64,000 nt of DNA from Octopus sinensis (lineage: Eukaryota), in NCBI RefSeq assembly GCF_006345805.1, contig NC_043014.1, positions 5,270,001 to 5,334,000 on the forward strand, read 5' to 3'. A program made the translations under genes and the position numbers. Positions within the stretch are counted from its first letter, which is position 1; every line of letters begins with the position of its first letter. The notes beneath the pieces are model-generated. The model worked only from the letters and a program-made list of their open reading frames with translations, did no database searches and had not been told where the DNA came from. Positions 42,075 to 57,868 of the stretch are shown here, piece after piece.

Positions 42075-43229
42075 CACACACACCTTACACAAATACATAT
42101 ATATATATATATATATATATATTAAATATGGTCAAACTATATCTGAGGGGTCTAATATGCTTCATCAAAGAAAATTTTATCATAACTATGGAATTCCGTC
42201 GTACATATGCAGTACATACGGAAGGTGCACTTGCGAATTGAGTTTCACATGGGATACACTGTACCTGTATGTTTTGCTATGATTTATAAAACAAGAAGAA
42301 AAATATTCAAAGCTAGTGATAATGACTAGCATAAAATATGTATGAATGTCATTATTCGGTTTTAATAGAATATTTCTGGCCAACAGAATGAGAGACGGCT
42401 TCTAACCTAGTTCCAAGTATCTTTCATTGGAATTTCAACAACATGAACAGGATATTTTTGTATGTATGTATGCATGTATGTATGTATGAATGTATGAATG
42501 TATGTATGTATGCATGTATGTCTGTATGTATGTATGTAGGTATGTATGCATGTATGTATGTATGTATGTATGTATAATGTATGCATGAATCTATGTATGT
42601 ATGCATGAATGTATGCATGTATGTATGCATTTATGTATGTATGTATGCATGTATCTATGTATGTAAGCATGTATGTATGTCAGGTCACTTTCGTGTGCTA
42701 CTGGTAACATGTAACCCAGTACAACCTGTTGCATTGTCGGGTCGTCGGCGACTAAATCGGCAACCACACCAAGCTTGCTTGGTGAGGAGGAAGTTTATTG
42801 GAGACCCTGCGGGATGAAAAACAAAACCCGTAAAAGAGCGGAGGCACTCTTGAGAGTCAACGGCCATCCAATATATGTGTTAAGGCTGTATCATGTGCGG
42901 GGAAATAGAAATAACCGGACTGAATACCCGATCGCGCGGTTAAACCATTGGCAGTAAAGACTCCTAGACTTTGTTAAGGCATCCTTCTAGGAGAAGGTAA
43001 CTCAGGTAACTGGGATGACTCCGATATAAAACCTGCGGCTCAGTGGTTACCGATGATGTTGACTTGTTCTTCTTTTCGGATTATGGCTGCTGTTGCTTAG
43101 TGACTGGGATTGACACAGTGCACGGCCTTTCCTCACTATAAAAAATCTTCATGCACAGGCATTGCAAGATAACAACATTGATTAAGCTTCGTGCAATGCC
43201 CATACTCGATAACGAGGAGGCAGCCACCA

Positions 43230-44232
43230 AGTATGTATGTATGTATGTATGGATGGATGGATGTAAGTATGTATGCATGTATGGATGGATGTAAAAAACG
43301 TATGTATGAATATATGTATGTATGTGTATATGTGTCTATCGATATATACATGCTTACATTCAAACATACATGCATGTATACATGTATACATACATACTTG
43401 TATGTATAAGTATATGCGGACATGTATGTATGTATGTATGAAAGTATGTATGTATGTATGTATGTAAGTATGTATGTATGTATGTATGTATGTATGTATG
43501 TATGTATGTATGTATGTATGTACGTGTGTGTATGTATGTATGTATGTATGTATGTATGTATGTATGTGTGTATGTATGTGTGTATGTATGTATATATATG
43601 TGTGTGTATGTAAGTATATATGTATGTATGGGGGTATGTATGTATGTATATATGTATGTATATACGTGAGAGTGTATGTATGCATGTATGTATGTATGTA
43701 TGGGTGTATATGTGTATGTATGTATGTATGTATGTATGTATGTATGCATGTATGTATGTATGTATGTATGTATGTGTGTATGTATGTATGTATGTTTGTA
43801 TGTATGCTTGTAAGTATATATGTATGTATGTATGTATGTATGTGTGTATGTATGTATGTATGTTTGTATGTATGCTTGTATGTGTGTATGTATGTATGTA
43901 TGTATGTATCTATGCATGTATGTATGTGTGCATGTATGTATCTATGTATGTATGTATGTGTGCATGTATGCATATATGTGTGTGTCTATGTATTTATATA
44001 TGTATGTATGGGGGCATGGATGTATATATATATGTATGTATGTATGTATGTGTGTGTGTATGTATGTATGTATGTATGTATGTATGTATGTATGTATGTA
44101 TGTGTGCATGTATGTATGTATGTATGTGTGTATGTATGTATGTATGTATGTATGTATGTATGTATGTGTGTGTGTATGTATGTATGTATGTATGTATGTA
44201 TGTATGTATGTATGTATATATGTATGTATGAG
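43230..44232. repeat. ~1 kb (TATG)n array (shorter homologue at ~22560-22820)
   Basis: Direct observation. Confidence 0.9.
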
Positions 44233-45325
44233 TGGGTGGGAATTGGTAGGTTTTGATTTTGATATTCACAAAACATTTCTAATCCGATTAACGCTTGTTG
44301 TGAAGAATCCAATCCGAACAGCGGACTTCATTAGATTAAGTCTTGCGATTACTGTGTGGGTTGAACGAAATACTTCCCACTCTGAATATTAAAACAGTGT
44401 GTGAGTGTGTGTGTGTGTGTGAGTGTGTGTGCGTGTGTGTGTATGTGTGTGTGTGTGTGTATGTGTGTGTGTGCATGTGTGTGTGTGTGGGAGTGTGTGT
44501 GTGTGTCAGTGTGTGTATGTGTGTGTCAGTGTATGTGTGTGTGTCAGTGTATGTGCGTGTGTGTGTCAGCGTGTGTGTGTGTGTGTGTCAGTGTGTTTGT
44601 GTCAATGTGTATGTCTGTGCGTGAGTGTGTGTAAGACAATCTGTATCTGTGTGTGTGTGTCAGTGTGTGTGTCAGTGTGTGTTGGTGTGTGTGGGTGTGT
44701 GTTGGTGTGTGTGTATGTCAGTATGTGTGTGTGTGTCAGTGTGTGTGCGTGAGTGTGTCTGTGTGTCAGTGTGTGTAGGTGTGTGTGTTGGTGTTTGTGT
44801 CAGTGTGTGCTTGTGTGTGCGTGCCTGTGTGTGTGTCAGTGTCTGTGTGTGTGTCCGTCCGTGTGTGTTTGCGTGTCAGTGTGTGTGTATGCGTGTGTGT
44901 CTGTGTATTTGTTGGTTGAACGAAATACTTCCCACACTGAATATTAAAACAGTTTCCCAAGAATAAACAAATAAAATTAAATAACAACATTAGTAAATAA
45001 ATATATCATAATATATCCAGAAACAGGAATCATTTCACTTTACACGTGTCTCTCATTCATCAAAATATTTTGCTAATTATTGTGTGACAATATCAAACCA
45101 TCTCTTTCCAATAATTAAACCTGTCAGACAAGTTCACACCCGCTTTTACAGTTCCACCAATCGCATTGGTTCATAAATTTACGATAAGATCTATGCCAGA
45201 GCTGGGTTGTTGTGCGCTCAATAAATACGTGGAATTCAGTTACAGGTCTTCAGCTTAAACCTCGCATCTCGATCTTTTGTTGAAGCCACACGAAGTATCA
45301 CGTACGACCGACAACTGTCACCAGA

Positions 45326-45469
45326 ATGGATTTCGCACAACTGTCCAGGAATATTTCGCAGCGTTATTCCATTTCTTCTCTCATAGCTTTTGGGGTTCTT
45401 CTCGTTCTGACGATCGTGATTCTTCATCAAGATTCAAGAATAGGAAAAATGGAAGAGAAATCGAAAACG
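45326..45469 (+). CDS. Gene 4 exon 1 (signal anchor)
   Basis: MDFAQ...KSKT followed by GTAAGT. Confidence 0.8.
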
Positions 45470-46331
45470 GTAAGTCATGGATTTTGTGTTAATATATGTA
45501 TGTCTTTATGTATTTATATATGCATGTATGTATGTATGCATTTACGTATGTATGTATTAATATGTGGATGTATGTACGTACCGATGGATGGATGGATGTA
45601 AGGATGTATGCACGAATCACGTACATATGTTCCTATGGAGCACACACACACACATAAGATCACACACGTAATCACACACGAACACACAGGCGCACACACC
45701 TAAGCATACATATATATACATATACGTATATTTGTATATATAATATACATATATATGTATATCTAAATATACATATATATGAATATATTAGTGCGTGATA
45801 TATAGATATATATATACAAACAAATATATGCGTGTGTGTATCTATCACTGTATCACTCTGCCTATCTCTCTCTCTCTCTCTCTCTATTTATCTATATATA
45901 TATATTTGTGTGTGTGTGTGTGTGTGTGTGTCTGTGTGTGTGTTTGTATATAAATATATTCTTTTACCCGTTTCAGTCATTTGACTGCGGCCATGCTAGA
46001 GCACTGCGTTTAGTAGGACGAATCGTTTCAGGAATTATTCTTTGTAAGCCTATTGCTCATTCTCTCGGTATCTCTAGCCGAGCCGCTAAATAACAGGGAC
46101 GTAAACACACCGACATCAGTTGAGAATCGATAGTGGTGCAACAATAACAGACACACATAAAACATAGATACATACACACTATGTGTGCTATACACACACA
46201 GACACACTCACACACACATACACACATACATCTATATATATATATATATGCATATCATATATACATACACACATATATATAGTTACGTATGTATGTACAT
46301 ACATATCTATCAATCAATCTATTTGTCTACA

Positions 46332-46468
<137 letters not shown>

Positions 46469-46469
46469 T

Positions 46470-46835
46470 GTCCTACGTCCTGGTTTTGTTTTGTTGTTTA
46501 TTTTTTATTTTTACCGTTATTGTTTTTACGTTTTTGTATTCTTATTGGTGTCACGTATTCTGTATTTTTGTTCGTGTACTTCGTTCGTTTTCCGTCCTCG
46601 TGTTGTATACATTCGAAGCTTTCTTCCAGGGGATCTAATGCACTTGGCTTAGATTTCCCTTGGCGGGCTGCCCATATCGGAGCAATCTCAAGATTAATCA
46701 GCCGAAATTGCTAAGATGATCTGGTTCTTGACTGATGACTGAGGGCTTCGAATGTCCCGTCCTGTGGTTCTTGTGTCGTCTATGTGGTGTTTCATGTTCT
46801 TGTCCATGTCTGTAATTATTTTTACTGTTTACCTA
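46470..46835. mobile_element. Unclassified insertion in (TA)n of gene 4 intron 1
   Basis: Absent at the homologous site in units 2, 3 and 5; flanked by TA runs. Confidence 0.4.
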
Positions 46836-47386
46836 TATATATACATATATATATATATGTATATGTATATGTATATATATGTATGTATATATACATATAC
46901 ACACATCCCAAGTAAACACAAAGAAGAGTGGAATTGTACTCCTGTCCGATCGCTCTTTCACCAGACATAATCCTGGAGAGGGAAATAAGTGCGTAATGAA
47001 AAATATCTAATGGTGGGGTTCTTGCATGGCCATGTCCTGTGGCTGCAAAGTTTAGCCCTATTAATATTAGTGTTAAGTATTATATCTAGATGTACACTTA
47101 CACACACGCACCGAAACAGACACATACAAACACACACACACGCACACATAGGAATACGTACATATTTACACACATTTATCTATTTCTCTCCATCAGGAAC
47201 GGAAGTGAGGCGAGTTTTTTAAAATCTTTTCTTTCCAACTGAAAATAAAACGTGCGAGTGCCAATGTAGATCGGTGAATTTCGTAAGGTTTGACTGTAAT
47301 TCACGTTGGTTTTTATATATGACAATATGTAAGAACGAATGTAAATACATACACACAGACACACGGACAAACACACGCTCAAATAA

Positions 47387-47435
<49 letters not shown>

Positions 47436-47439
47436 TGTT

Positions 47440-47675
47440 TGGAGGCGCAGTGGCCCAGTGCTTCGGGTCGCGGACTCACGGTTTTAGGATCGCGATTTCG
47501 ATTCCCAGACTAGGTTGTGAGCACTCTTTCGCTACAACTTTCTCCCTTTCTTCTGTTGGCCTGCTCGCTTAGCCAGCGGGCTGGCGTCATTTGAAGGCTA
47601 AAACAATGCGAAGCGCATTGTGACCAGCGATATGTAGCAACAACTGGTAGCTTGGTCTGTAACGGTGATCACGGA
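47440..47675 (+). mobile_element. tRNA-derived SINE (unit 4 copy)
   Basis: A/B boxes and the same body, with an internal deletion. Confidence 0.7.
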
Positions 47676-49030
47676 GTTATATGTATACACGCACACACAC
47701 ACATACACACGTACATACTCACACACCAGCACAGATGCCCACATATACCTTTAACGAACAATAATCATACAGATACGCACACGCTTATACACACATGTCA
47801 CAGACAAACACGCACATTCACGTACTTAAGCGCACACACGCTCACAAGCACACGCACGCACATTACGCCCACACAACTCCAAAAACCCTCACACACACAC
47901 GCATGTACAAATTCACAGAAACACCGATACATATACATACGCACAATATATGCCTACATGCGCACACACACATACACATAAGTATACACATATAGACACA
48001 GACACAAACACACACACGCACGCAAAACTCACAACCCCACGGATACACGTATATACACCCATATACGCTTACACACATACAAACTCACACGTACACGCAC
48101 ACACAACTACACTCACATACGAGACGCATGCACATACAAACACACACACACAAATGAACCCACACATACGTCCCATACACACGGCACACAATTATACATA
48201 CATGTATACACGCATACGCACAGATATTCGCCACACACCCAAACGCTACGCATACACACACATGCACACACACACACACACTACAAACCAAACACACACA
48301 TACACACACACGCGTGTCATCATTGCACATGTACCCACATACATACACGCACACGTACACTAAGTAAAGCACTGTTATTCGCCACACACCCTAACTCTAC
48401 GCCTACACACATGAACACACACATACATACACACACACTACAAGCAAAACACACACATGATACATATACATACACGCACACACACACATACTTCAAACAA
48501 GCAGTACCTACAACTTGACCTGTGGTAGAGACAAAAGGAGCCACGCCCAATTCCTTCTTCCTTGACCTTAACACTACGAGCCCTACAACACGCAAAGATT
48601 AACAGCCACAACCACACACACACATACACACACACATGCACATACACATACACGTGTCATCATTGCACACATACACACATACACACACACGCACACGCAG
48701 ACCTCCACACACTCTCTTATCCACACTTACACACACATTCCTCTTCCTCTACCACTATTCTGTCTTTGAAAGAACTTATCTTCACCCATTTACTTCCGGT
48801 CATTCAAAATGTGGCCGCGTGTGTACAGTTGGCGATTTTTTCCTCTGTCTTCCCTCCTCTGGATCTTTCCTTCTTGTATGTTTCCGACGAAGAGCTCCAC
48901 CCGAAACGTTAAACCCTCCTTCTTTCCTTATTTCCTGAGCGTCCAATAATACTATCTTTGTTCCACGTCCTCGCGTCGTTGTACTTTTGTGCTGTCATGT
49001 TTGGATTAAATTCACCTATATATATATACA

Positions 49031-49080
<50 letters not shown>

Positions 49081-49087
49081 GAAATAC

Positions 49088-49134
<47 letters not shown>

Positions 49135-49174
49135 TGTGTGTGTGTCTGTGTGTGTGTCTGTGTGTGTCTGTGTA

Positions 49175-49785
49175 CTAGCAGACATCCCCGGCATTGCTGG
49201 GGATTGAAATGGCAAAGTTGGTATATAATATATTCCAGTCATTTTGAAACAGGTGATATTGGAAAGTGCAACATTGACAACAAAACATTTGTAGAGTAAA
49301 TGCTCGGCTAATTCGACTAAGCAACATGCTATGCGTCCGTTTGGAGTGTTTCAGGCCCTAACCTGTCTTACAAAATTGGATGTGGGGTTTGTGTGATTTT
49401 TGAACGCACCGAAAAACTGTCAGTAAGTATACTCTCCTTTGCAGCAGTGTGCGCTGTGTCTAACACGAACTATCATCGGAAATTTTGACACCTCACGTCG
49501 GGTTTGTTGTCCTACATCACTCATACAGTAAATTTGGAGGAACTGTGGTTGTTCATTCGCGGGTACCAGGGAACCAATGAGGGGATAGACTTGCCCTTGA
49601 ACTTTGACGTCGGCGTAAATTCATGTTTATCTATCTTCTTAGATTCACCAAACGATGTCATTTGAAATGCTGAGTTGTATTGTCTGATATTGTTCAGAAA
49701 ATCCTTTGACCGGATTGAAGCGCCTTCTAGAAAATTCCTAAGGGGTTGAGATGGTAGTGTTGGCAATGTTAACTGTCCGAATATG
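49175..49785 (-). mobile_element. Helitron remnant (unit 4)
   Basis: FLNNIRQYNSAFQMTSFG; CTAG end. Confidence 0.72.
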
Positions 49786-49873
49786 TAGTCATCTATTGCA
49801 TTGTTTTAAGTTCTAAACGATAATGAATACCCTGAAGTTCTATTTATATGATGCTATTTCTATTTTTTCACAG

Positions 49874-49925
49874 AACCGTTTCATCTCCAAGAAATCTCTC
49901 GACGATAAACCTGATGACACACCAA
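49874..49925 (+). CDS. Gene 4 exon 2 (stalk)
   Basis: ttttcacAG acceptor, GTAAGA donor; 52 nt. Confidence 0.75.
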
Positions 49926-50159
49926 GTAAGAACTAATTTTATGGCTAAAGTCTTTTACCCGTGACTCATTAACTAATCATTTATAATTTCACCAACTTTA
50001 AATTAATTCCACATTACTATCCATATGTCCACAATAATATATACTAAGACACTTGCCTGAATTTATTTTAAACTATGTTCTACTTTACAAGAATTCCGTA
50101 AATATAATGTTATTCTAATATACTATGCCATTTATTGAGTATATATGAGTATATATGCA

Positions 50160-51650
50160 GTGATACGTCGAGAATTGTTTCGGTCTGGACGGTTCCACCG
50201 AGTGTGCTCTTCGCCGAGTGTCTGAGGCGGCGGGTATGTTCACTGTGAACAAATTAGAGTGCTCAGAGCGAGCCCCACCGGCTTGCATACGATAAGCATA
50301 GAATGCCCTCTGCTTTTGAGAATCAAATGCCCTGAGCTGGCGCTTCACTGCGTTTATATCTACAAATCAGCATTCTGTCCACTCTTGTGTTTCCAATCAT
50401 TCGTGAATAGAGACCCGAAATAATGATGTTCCACTTTCCTACACAGTGCGTATTTGTCAACCAATTCAGTGCACGTTGTTGGTGACCATCAGACGAATCT
50501 GGTAGCAGCATGTCGTCTACAAATAACAGTCGACCGATCACGTAGAGATGAATTGGGATACCTCTACCACATTGGCTGCGCATATTCAACCAGATCACAA
50601 AAAAGAATATGAAAAGGGGCACTAACAATGCACACTTCAACTAAGTGAAACTTTCACGTTGAAAACTTTCGACTTTTACAGAAATACAAACATTTGAACA
50701 TCCATATAAGTACTTTATGGCAACCATGATTTGCCCATTAAACTCACCTTCCTGGAAAACCATCCAAAACAATACCCAGGGCACGTGATCGTGTGCCTTT
50801 TCGTGGTTTATAGCGTTTAAACTTTGGAAATATTTCTGTATTTGCTGGAAGATCTGTTTTGAACGTCTAAAAGGTCGAGTGTACCGCGTGTCGGACGGTA
50901 ATCTTGGGCGCGACAATTTTCCTACATATCTTTTCTTGACATCTATTGTAGACATTTCTATAATTCGAGCACACTCCTTGGTCTCTGTCCGAAGAAATTG
51001 TGATTGTCACCCTATATTTCATTGCCTTGATATTTTTTCCAGAGGTCCCATCCACCTAGCGTACATGGTACACTCAGAGAATACCATCTGTATTTAAGGT
51101 TTCTAAAATATCAAGCCGAACCTGCTTTTCACCAGCAGCTATATCACTTTTAAGTGAGATTAGCTCAAATAAGAGTTCAACCGAAGAAGAACCTGCCGAA
51201 AAAAATAATACAATCACGAATCCATTTCGATGTCCAAGTTCATTCAGGTGGGTCACTCTCAATTTGGATGCAAAAGTCGGACAAACGAAATTTTTTAGAG
51301 CAGACATTTATTATATCTTACAGGCAGATTATATCTAACAATTCAGACAGTTTAATTCTCAATTATTAAAGGTTGTTCCCTTCTTGATCTGTTTGGTATC
51401 CTGAGACCGTCAATTTTGTGCTCCCACGCCAAACACCCCATATTTAGTTCCAGGCTACTTGCTGGTTTCACCGGTATTGTGTGGGGTGTGCTATACATTT
51501 ATCGAACGGACTCCTCTACTCGAGATCCGGATGCGATGTCTTTTAACTAAATCGACAAATGATGCGGTATGGTTGTTATTTTCATATTGTAGTTATGATG
51601 GCCTTATTTGCGCCGAGCTCCAAACTGATATTTGTAATTGACCGATGAAT
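50160..51650 (-). mobile_element. RTE-type LINE remnant (unit 4) with an internal deletion near 51278
   Basis: LLFVDDMLL; HEKAHDHVPW; the endonuclease part is missing relative to units 1 and 2. Confidence 0.68.
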
Positions 51651-52040
51651 ATTCGCACCTGGCGAATATTTTATCATTATTCTATTGAGTTTTATCATTA
51701 TTCTATTGGGAAGTATATATACTCATACCCAAGTTTACGTATCATACATACATCCGTTCATAGCGGAGACCGATACACATTCTGATATTCTGAGATTAAT
51801 CTCTCAAATCTTTGACATCAACGTCACCAACAGGCTCAACAGACAAATGTATTTTTTCTTTCTTTACAATTTATTCTTATTATTTACATCTTTCGTTCTG
51901 ACTTTCATTCATTCACTCGTTCTTTCTTAAATTCTATATTTCTCTCTTCTCCATCAATTCCTTCCCATCCAACAATCTACTTAGTAAATGATTCCCAAAT
52001 TCTTTCTTTTAACCTACATTATTTCATTTTAATATCACAG

Positions 52041-52115
52041 AACCCGGTCTCGGATCATTGTATACCCGATGGGGCAGAACAACTTGTCCTCCTTATTCAA
52101 ACCTTGTATATTACG
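52041..52115 (+). CDS. Gene 4 exon 3 (KPGLGSLYTRWGRTTCPPYSNLVYYG)
   Basis: cacAG acceptor, GTTAGT donor; 75 nt. Confidence 0.85.
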
Positions 52116-53763
52116 GTTAGTATACTTTATATTTCTCACCTCTCATTCTCTTTTTGTTTTACTCTTGTTCACTTTTATACCTCTCATTCTCTCTTTTTAT
52201 TGCCTTTCTTTCTCTCCCACCCTCTCTCTCACGCACACGCACACACACTCACCCTCTGCTGGGTTGTCTGACATAAACATTCTCTAATCCTTTTATGATG
52301 TGTCACGTTTCAAACGTCTATACCTGTAGACTATACAAAAACTACACAAGACTGCTTTCTCCTTTGTAGGTATTTGGTCAATCAGAATATTATATGTTGT
52401 CTACTACGGACCAAGTGAAAAGGATGCTAACTGGTGATCAATTGTACAGGCTACAGATGGTGGTATTGTACGTGAGTGACCAGAGCTGAAAAGTTGCCGC
52501 TTGACAATCATGAACTAGAGTGCACAATGATCGTAGGTGTGGGCTAAACTGAAAAGAGTCTATTAGAATTGATGACAGTGACTGTAAATGGTTAATGGAA
52601 TGAACGCACAATGTAGAATGAGGACTGGACAAGCCACATACTGTAACTGATGGGAAAAGCTAAGGACTTTATTCATTAAGTAAAATAGAGAGAGACTAAA
52701 TATTAGTGAGAGAACACAACAGAGTACAGAATGCACTTCTATTCTTCTCCGCCTCACCGAAATCGTCCTATCGCTGAAGCCTTGCTCTTTTAATGCACCA
52801 CATCACCTCATTAATTATCCAGTATATCTTTGTAAGGTAATTCCGAAACTTCCAATTCAAAACTGCTGCTACAAACCGCTTCCCCAATCAACCTCACGTT
52901 CCTTTAAAATGCTCTGAATCTGCTCTCTATAAACCCTACACGTATCCTTTATCGGTCGCCCACTCCGCCGTCCATTCATCTTAAGCACTACGCCGTCACT
53001 GAACCTCACAATTTTTCCTCCCACCTCGTTTCTGTGTATTGCATGAAAACATGTCTCTGTGATCATAACGTCTTTGTAAGCCTGATTCGTCCGAGTCTAA
53101 ACGAGAGGTTTAGCCACTGACTCTCGTATGATCGACTAAACAACATTTCATCGACGGCTACCCACCACTTCTCTGCATCTCGTCGTCTCCCCTATTGTCC
53201 TACTCAAACCTCCTACAATTTCCACAACCCAAAATATCCCCGTTCACACCTGAACATCTTTTCCATTTCGGATAAACACGAGTGCATGCGTTATAAAATA
53301 TCTTTCTATTTCTCCATCTATTGACATCCACCGTATGACATACATGTATGACATGACATACATATATATGTTTGCATGACTTACCCCATGCAAACATAAA
53401 TAATAATCCACGTCGTAACAACAAATACTTAACCGTATACACACAGCATATATATATATACATATATAAATGGAGTTGCATGAAACAAACGTACCGCATT
53501 ACTTCTGGATATACTTGTTGCTTACTTCGATATAAATATATATATATTTATTTATATATATATACATAGTATGACTAGGTAAAGAGGCACCTATGATTCA
53601 GCAACACACAGCTTACACTAAAATAAACACTAACATATATACACCACAATTCGTTCACACGTGGCTAAACATGACTTCTTTTAACTGTTATGAATTTTTC
53701 CGTTATTTCATATATAATTTTTCTTAACATCTTTTTTATTTGATTTATTCTTACCAATTCTAG

Positions 53764-54263
53764 GTGTTGTTGGTGGACAACATTCTGCACAAACTGGTGG
53801 CGGAAGTAATCTCTTGTGTCTACCCAACGACCCCATTTGGGCCAATTATACGATAGAAGTTGAAAAAGGTGGTAACATTTATGGCAGTGAATATGAACTA
53901 TATTTATACCCAACAAATAAACTCTTTTCTTTTGCTAACGCTGAATCAATTCATGATCACAACGTTCCGTGCGCTGTCTGTTTGACACGACAACCCGCTG
54001 TTGTTATGATGTTACCAGCCAGGACAAAGTGTTACCGTGGTTGGACAGCTGAGTATTCAGGATATTTGATGTCCGGTCATTACGGGCATAAAGGTAGACA
54101 TGAATATGTTTGTGTGGATTATGCACCAGAAGCTGATCCAGCAGGTTACAGAGACGAAGATGGAGTTCGATTATATTTCGTTCAGGCTGAGTGTGGTTCA
54201 TTGCCATGTCCACCGTATGTCAATGGTCGAGAATTAACCTGCGTTGTATGCAGTAAATACTGA
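53764..54263 (+). CDS. Gene 4 exon 4: C4/NC1-like domain (gene about 256 aa)
   Basis: ttctAG acceptor; GVVGGQHSAQTGGGSNLLCLP...CVVCSKY*. Confidence 0.87.
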
Positions 54264-55919
54264 ATAGAAATTTACATTCGTTTCTATATGAAAATTTATG
54301 TCGGTGAATCATAAAGTATAATATAATAAAGCAACATATACGTTTCTTGTAATTGTGTTTCGCAATATTTTATCCGACTAATATATGTCGTTAAATAAAT
54401 TGCTGTACAAGTTTTCAGAAAATATTCAAAACGAAACAACAGAGACGTCATAGAATGTGACAAATAGCTTAACAGAACGATGTAATCCTCAGGGAATGAT
54501 TCTAGAATACTTTGTATGAGGTTCAGTTTATCAAATTTAAATGTTGAAATAAAATGATGATTCGTTTAAATGTGTGTTGTATTCCGTCTTAAAATGAAAA
54601 CAGTCCCCAAATGAAACACCTCCGTACAAATATATCACCCTTTCATGATCAATCTTCAGAAAACACGATAAAAGCTTATAACTAACATCACTAAATCATG
54701 ATGGGTTAATAAAAAAAAATACTCCCATACGTATCATTGTAACTACAATCGATGCGATGAAAGCTCTGCAATCCAATCGCGGATATTACCTAATAAAGGA
54801 TATTTGATATCCACTGAAGAAATACCACAAAATGTTGACAACCTAACTACTTGTCAGGTTACTAACACATTGAAGTTTTCAAGAAACACTTTCGACAAGG
54901 GTACAAGTACACGTCCCACGATGAACTATTTTCAACCTACATTCACATATTCCCGCTTTTCTACAAAAATCACACACACACAGCTTATTATCGTTCCCTG
55001 AAAACTGATGTGCCAAAATAAAATATGAAACCACCAAAAAATATGAGTCCACCTCAGGAACAGCATCAACCGAATCTACAGCAACACCACAAAACATCAA
55101 GTTCAACAAATTATCTCCGTCTGTAACATAAAACTATCAAACTCGCAGAAGAGGAACTTGCTTCGAGATACATGCATACAATAACTGTAACACACATAAA
55201 CGACTTAGTAAGGAAAGGAAGACGACTTATAAAATATACATTTGGTGGAATCAGTGCAACATGTTGAGTCTTTCACACTCTACCCAGCATGATTGCTCCT
55301 TGTATGTGGGAGTTTGTAGAATGGCTGCCAGATAAACGAATGTATCCGTGGAAAGAGGGATCTGTGGGTGGCAGCACGTTTTTTGTCCGATTAATTGTGT
55401 GCCATAAGAATGCTCGATTGTGAAAAAGCTAGCGAAAAAGAATAATAATTAAGTAATATGAAAGCACGAAATGCAAATTGACAAATGAATATATGGAAAC
55501 ATTCAACATGGCGTTTCCAGTGAACAGTATTAGCGCTCAGTATTTGGCATAAGCAATTTTTGGGTTCGTTAAAATGTGCTAATGGCATATTTCAAAATCT
55601 AAAGGCAAATTCAGTGCAAAAAGCTGCAAAAACAGCGTATCAGTCCACTGCTGCTCCCTATCGGGTTCCAGTTCAGCCGTTATCAAAAGAAAATACCGAA
55701 GAGTGGAATATCTGGACAAACTTAAAGCCATAGCTTTAACTAAAACATAGTCAACAACAACGAGTAAGTGAAGCCATTAGAGCGCCAGGCTGGAGTCTGT
55801 CGTGAGTTACCTACCTTCGGTATTTCTCTTTGATAAATACTTCGCTAGAGGAGTTGACTTCAACCTTGTGCCCCAACAGTAACTGCGGTCGCTCGTACGA
55901 GCACGCATTTTCACGCATA

Positions 55920-56795
55920 CTTGTGTGTGTGTGTGTTTGTATGTGTGTGTGTGTGTGCGCATGTGTCCATGTGTGTGTATGTGTGTGTGTGTGTGTCAAC
56001 GTGTGTGTGTGTCAGCGTGTGTGTGTGTCACGGTGTGTGGGTCAGTGTGTGTTAGTGTGTGTGTCAGTGTGTGTGTGTGTGTATCTGTGTGTATGTGTGT
56101 GTGTGTGTCAGTGTTTCTGTGTGTGTGAATGTGTGTGTGTGTTTCAGTGTGTATGTGTGTTTGAGTATGTCAGTGTGTGTGTGTGTGTGTGAGTGTGTGA
56201 GTGTGTGTCAGTGTGTGTGTGTGTGTATGTCAGTGTGTGTATGTGTGTCAGCGTGTGTGTGCGTGTGTGTGTGTATGTCAGTGTGTGTGTGTGTATATCA
56301 GTGTGTATGTGTGTGTGTGAATGTGTGTGTGTGTGAATGTGTGTGTGTGAATATGTGTGTGTGTTTCAGTGTGTATGTGTGTTTGAGTATGTCAGTGTGT
56401 ATGTGTGTGTGTGTGAGTGTGTGTGTGTGTGTGTGTCAGTGTGTGTGTGTGTGTGTATGTCAGTGCGTGTATGTGTGTCAGCGTGTGTGTGCGTGTGTGT
56501 GTGTATGTCAGTGTGTGTGTGTGTGTCTGTGTGTGTGTGTATGTCACTGTGTGTGTGTGTGTCAGTGTGTGTGTGTGTATGACAGTGTGTGTGTGTGTAT
56601 GTCAATGTGTGTGTGTGTGTGTGTGTCAGTGTGTATGTGTGTTTGTATTTGTGTGTGTGTGTATCGGTGTGTGTGTGTGTGCGTGTGTGTGTGTTTGTCA
56701 GTGTGTGTGTGTTTCTCAGTGTCTGTGTGTGTGTTTCTCAGTGTGTGTGTCAGTGTGTGTGTGTGTGTGTGTGTGTATGCGTGTGTGTCTGTGTA
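55920..56795. repeat. Compound (TG)n-TCAG array upstream of gene 5 (longest)
   Basis: Direct observation. Confidence 0.9.
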
Positions 56796-57212
56796 TTTGT
56801 TGGTTGAACGAAATACTTCCCACACTGAATATTAAAACAGTTTCCCAAGAATAACAAATAAAATTAAATAACAACATTAGTAAATAAATATATCATAATA
56901 TATCCAGAAACAGGAATCATTTCACTTTACACGTGTCTCTCATTCATCAAATTATTTTGCTAATTATTGTGTGACAATATCAAACCATCTCTTTCCAATA
57001 ATTAAACCTGTCAGACAAGTTCACGCCCACTTTTACAGTTCCACCAATCGCATCGGTTCATAAATTTACGATAAGATCTATGCCAGAGCTGGGTTGTTGT
57101 GCGCTCAATAAATACGTGGAATTCAGTTACAGGTCTTCAGCTTAAACCTCGCATCTCGATCTTTTGTTGAAGCCACACGAAGTATCACGTACGACCGACA
57201 ACTGTCACCAGA

Positions 57213-57356
57213 ATGGATTTCGCACAACTGTCCAGGAATATTTCGCAGCGTTATTCCATTTCTTCTCTCATAGCTTTTGGGGTTCTTCTCGTTCTGACGA
57301 TCGTGATTCTTCATCAAGATTCAAGAATAGGAAAAATGGAAGAGAAATCGAAAACG
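57213..57356 (+). CDS. Gene 5 exon 1 (signal anchor)
   Basis: MDFAQ...KSKT followed by GTAAGT. Confidence 0.8.
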
Positions 57357-57782
57357 GTAAGTCATGGATTTTGTGTTAATATATGTATGTCTTTATGTAT
57401 TTATATATGCATGTATGTATGTATGTATGTATGCATTTACGTATGTATGTATTAATATGTGGATGTATGTACGTACGGATGGATGGATGGATGTAAGGAT
57501 GTATGCATGAATCACGTACATATGTTCCTATGGAGCACACACACACACATAAGATCACACACGTAATCACACACGAACACACAGGCGCACACACCTAAGC
57601 ATACATATATATACATATACGTATATTTGTATATATAATATACATATATATGTATATCTAAATATACATATATATGAATATATTAGTGCCTGAACATATA
57701 TAGATATATATATACAAACAAATATATGCGTGTGTGTATCTATCACTGTTTCTCTCTGTCTATCTCTCTCTCTCTATTTATC

Positions 57783-57868
<86 letters not shown>

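Noticed and set aside
46725-46760. Hammerhead ribozyme core (CTGATGA), also CTGACGA near 13000
   Set aside because: The required GAAA and stems I-III could not be formed convincingly; an Infernal search would settle it
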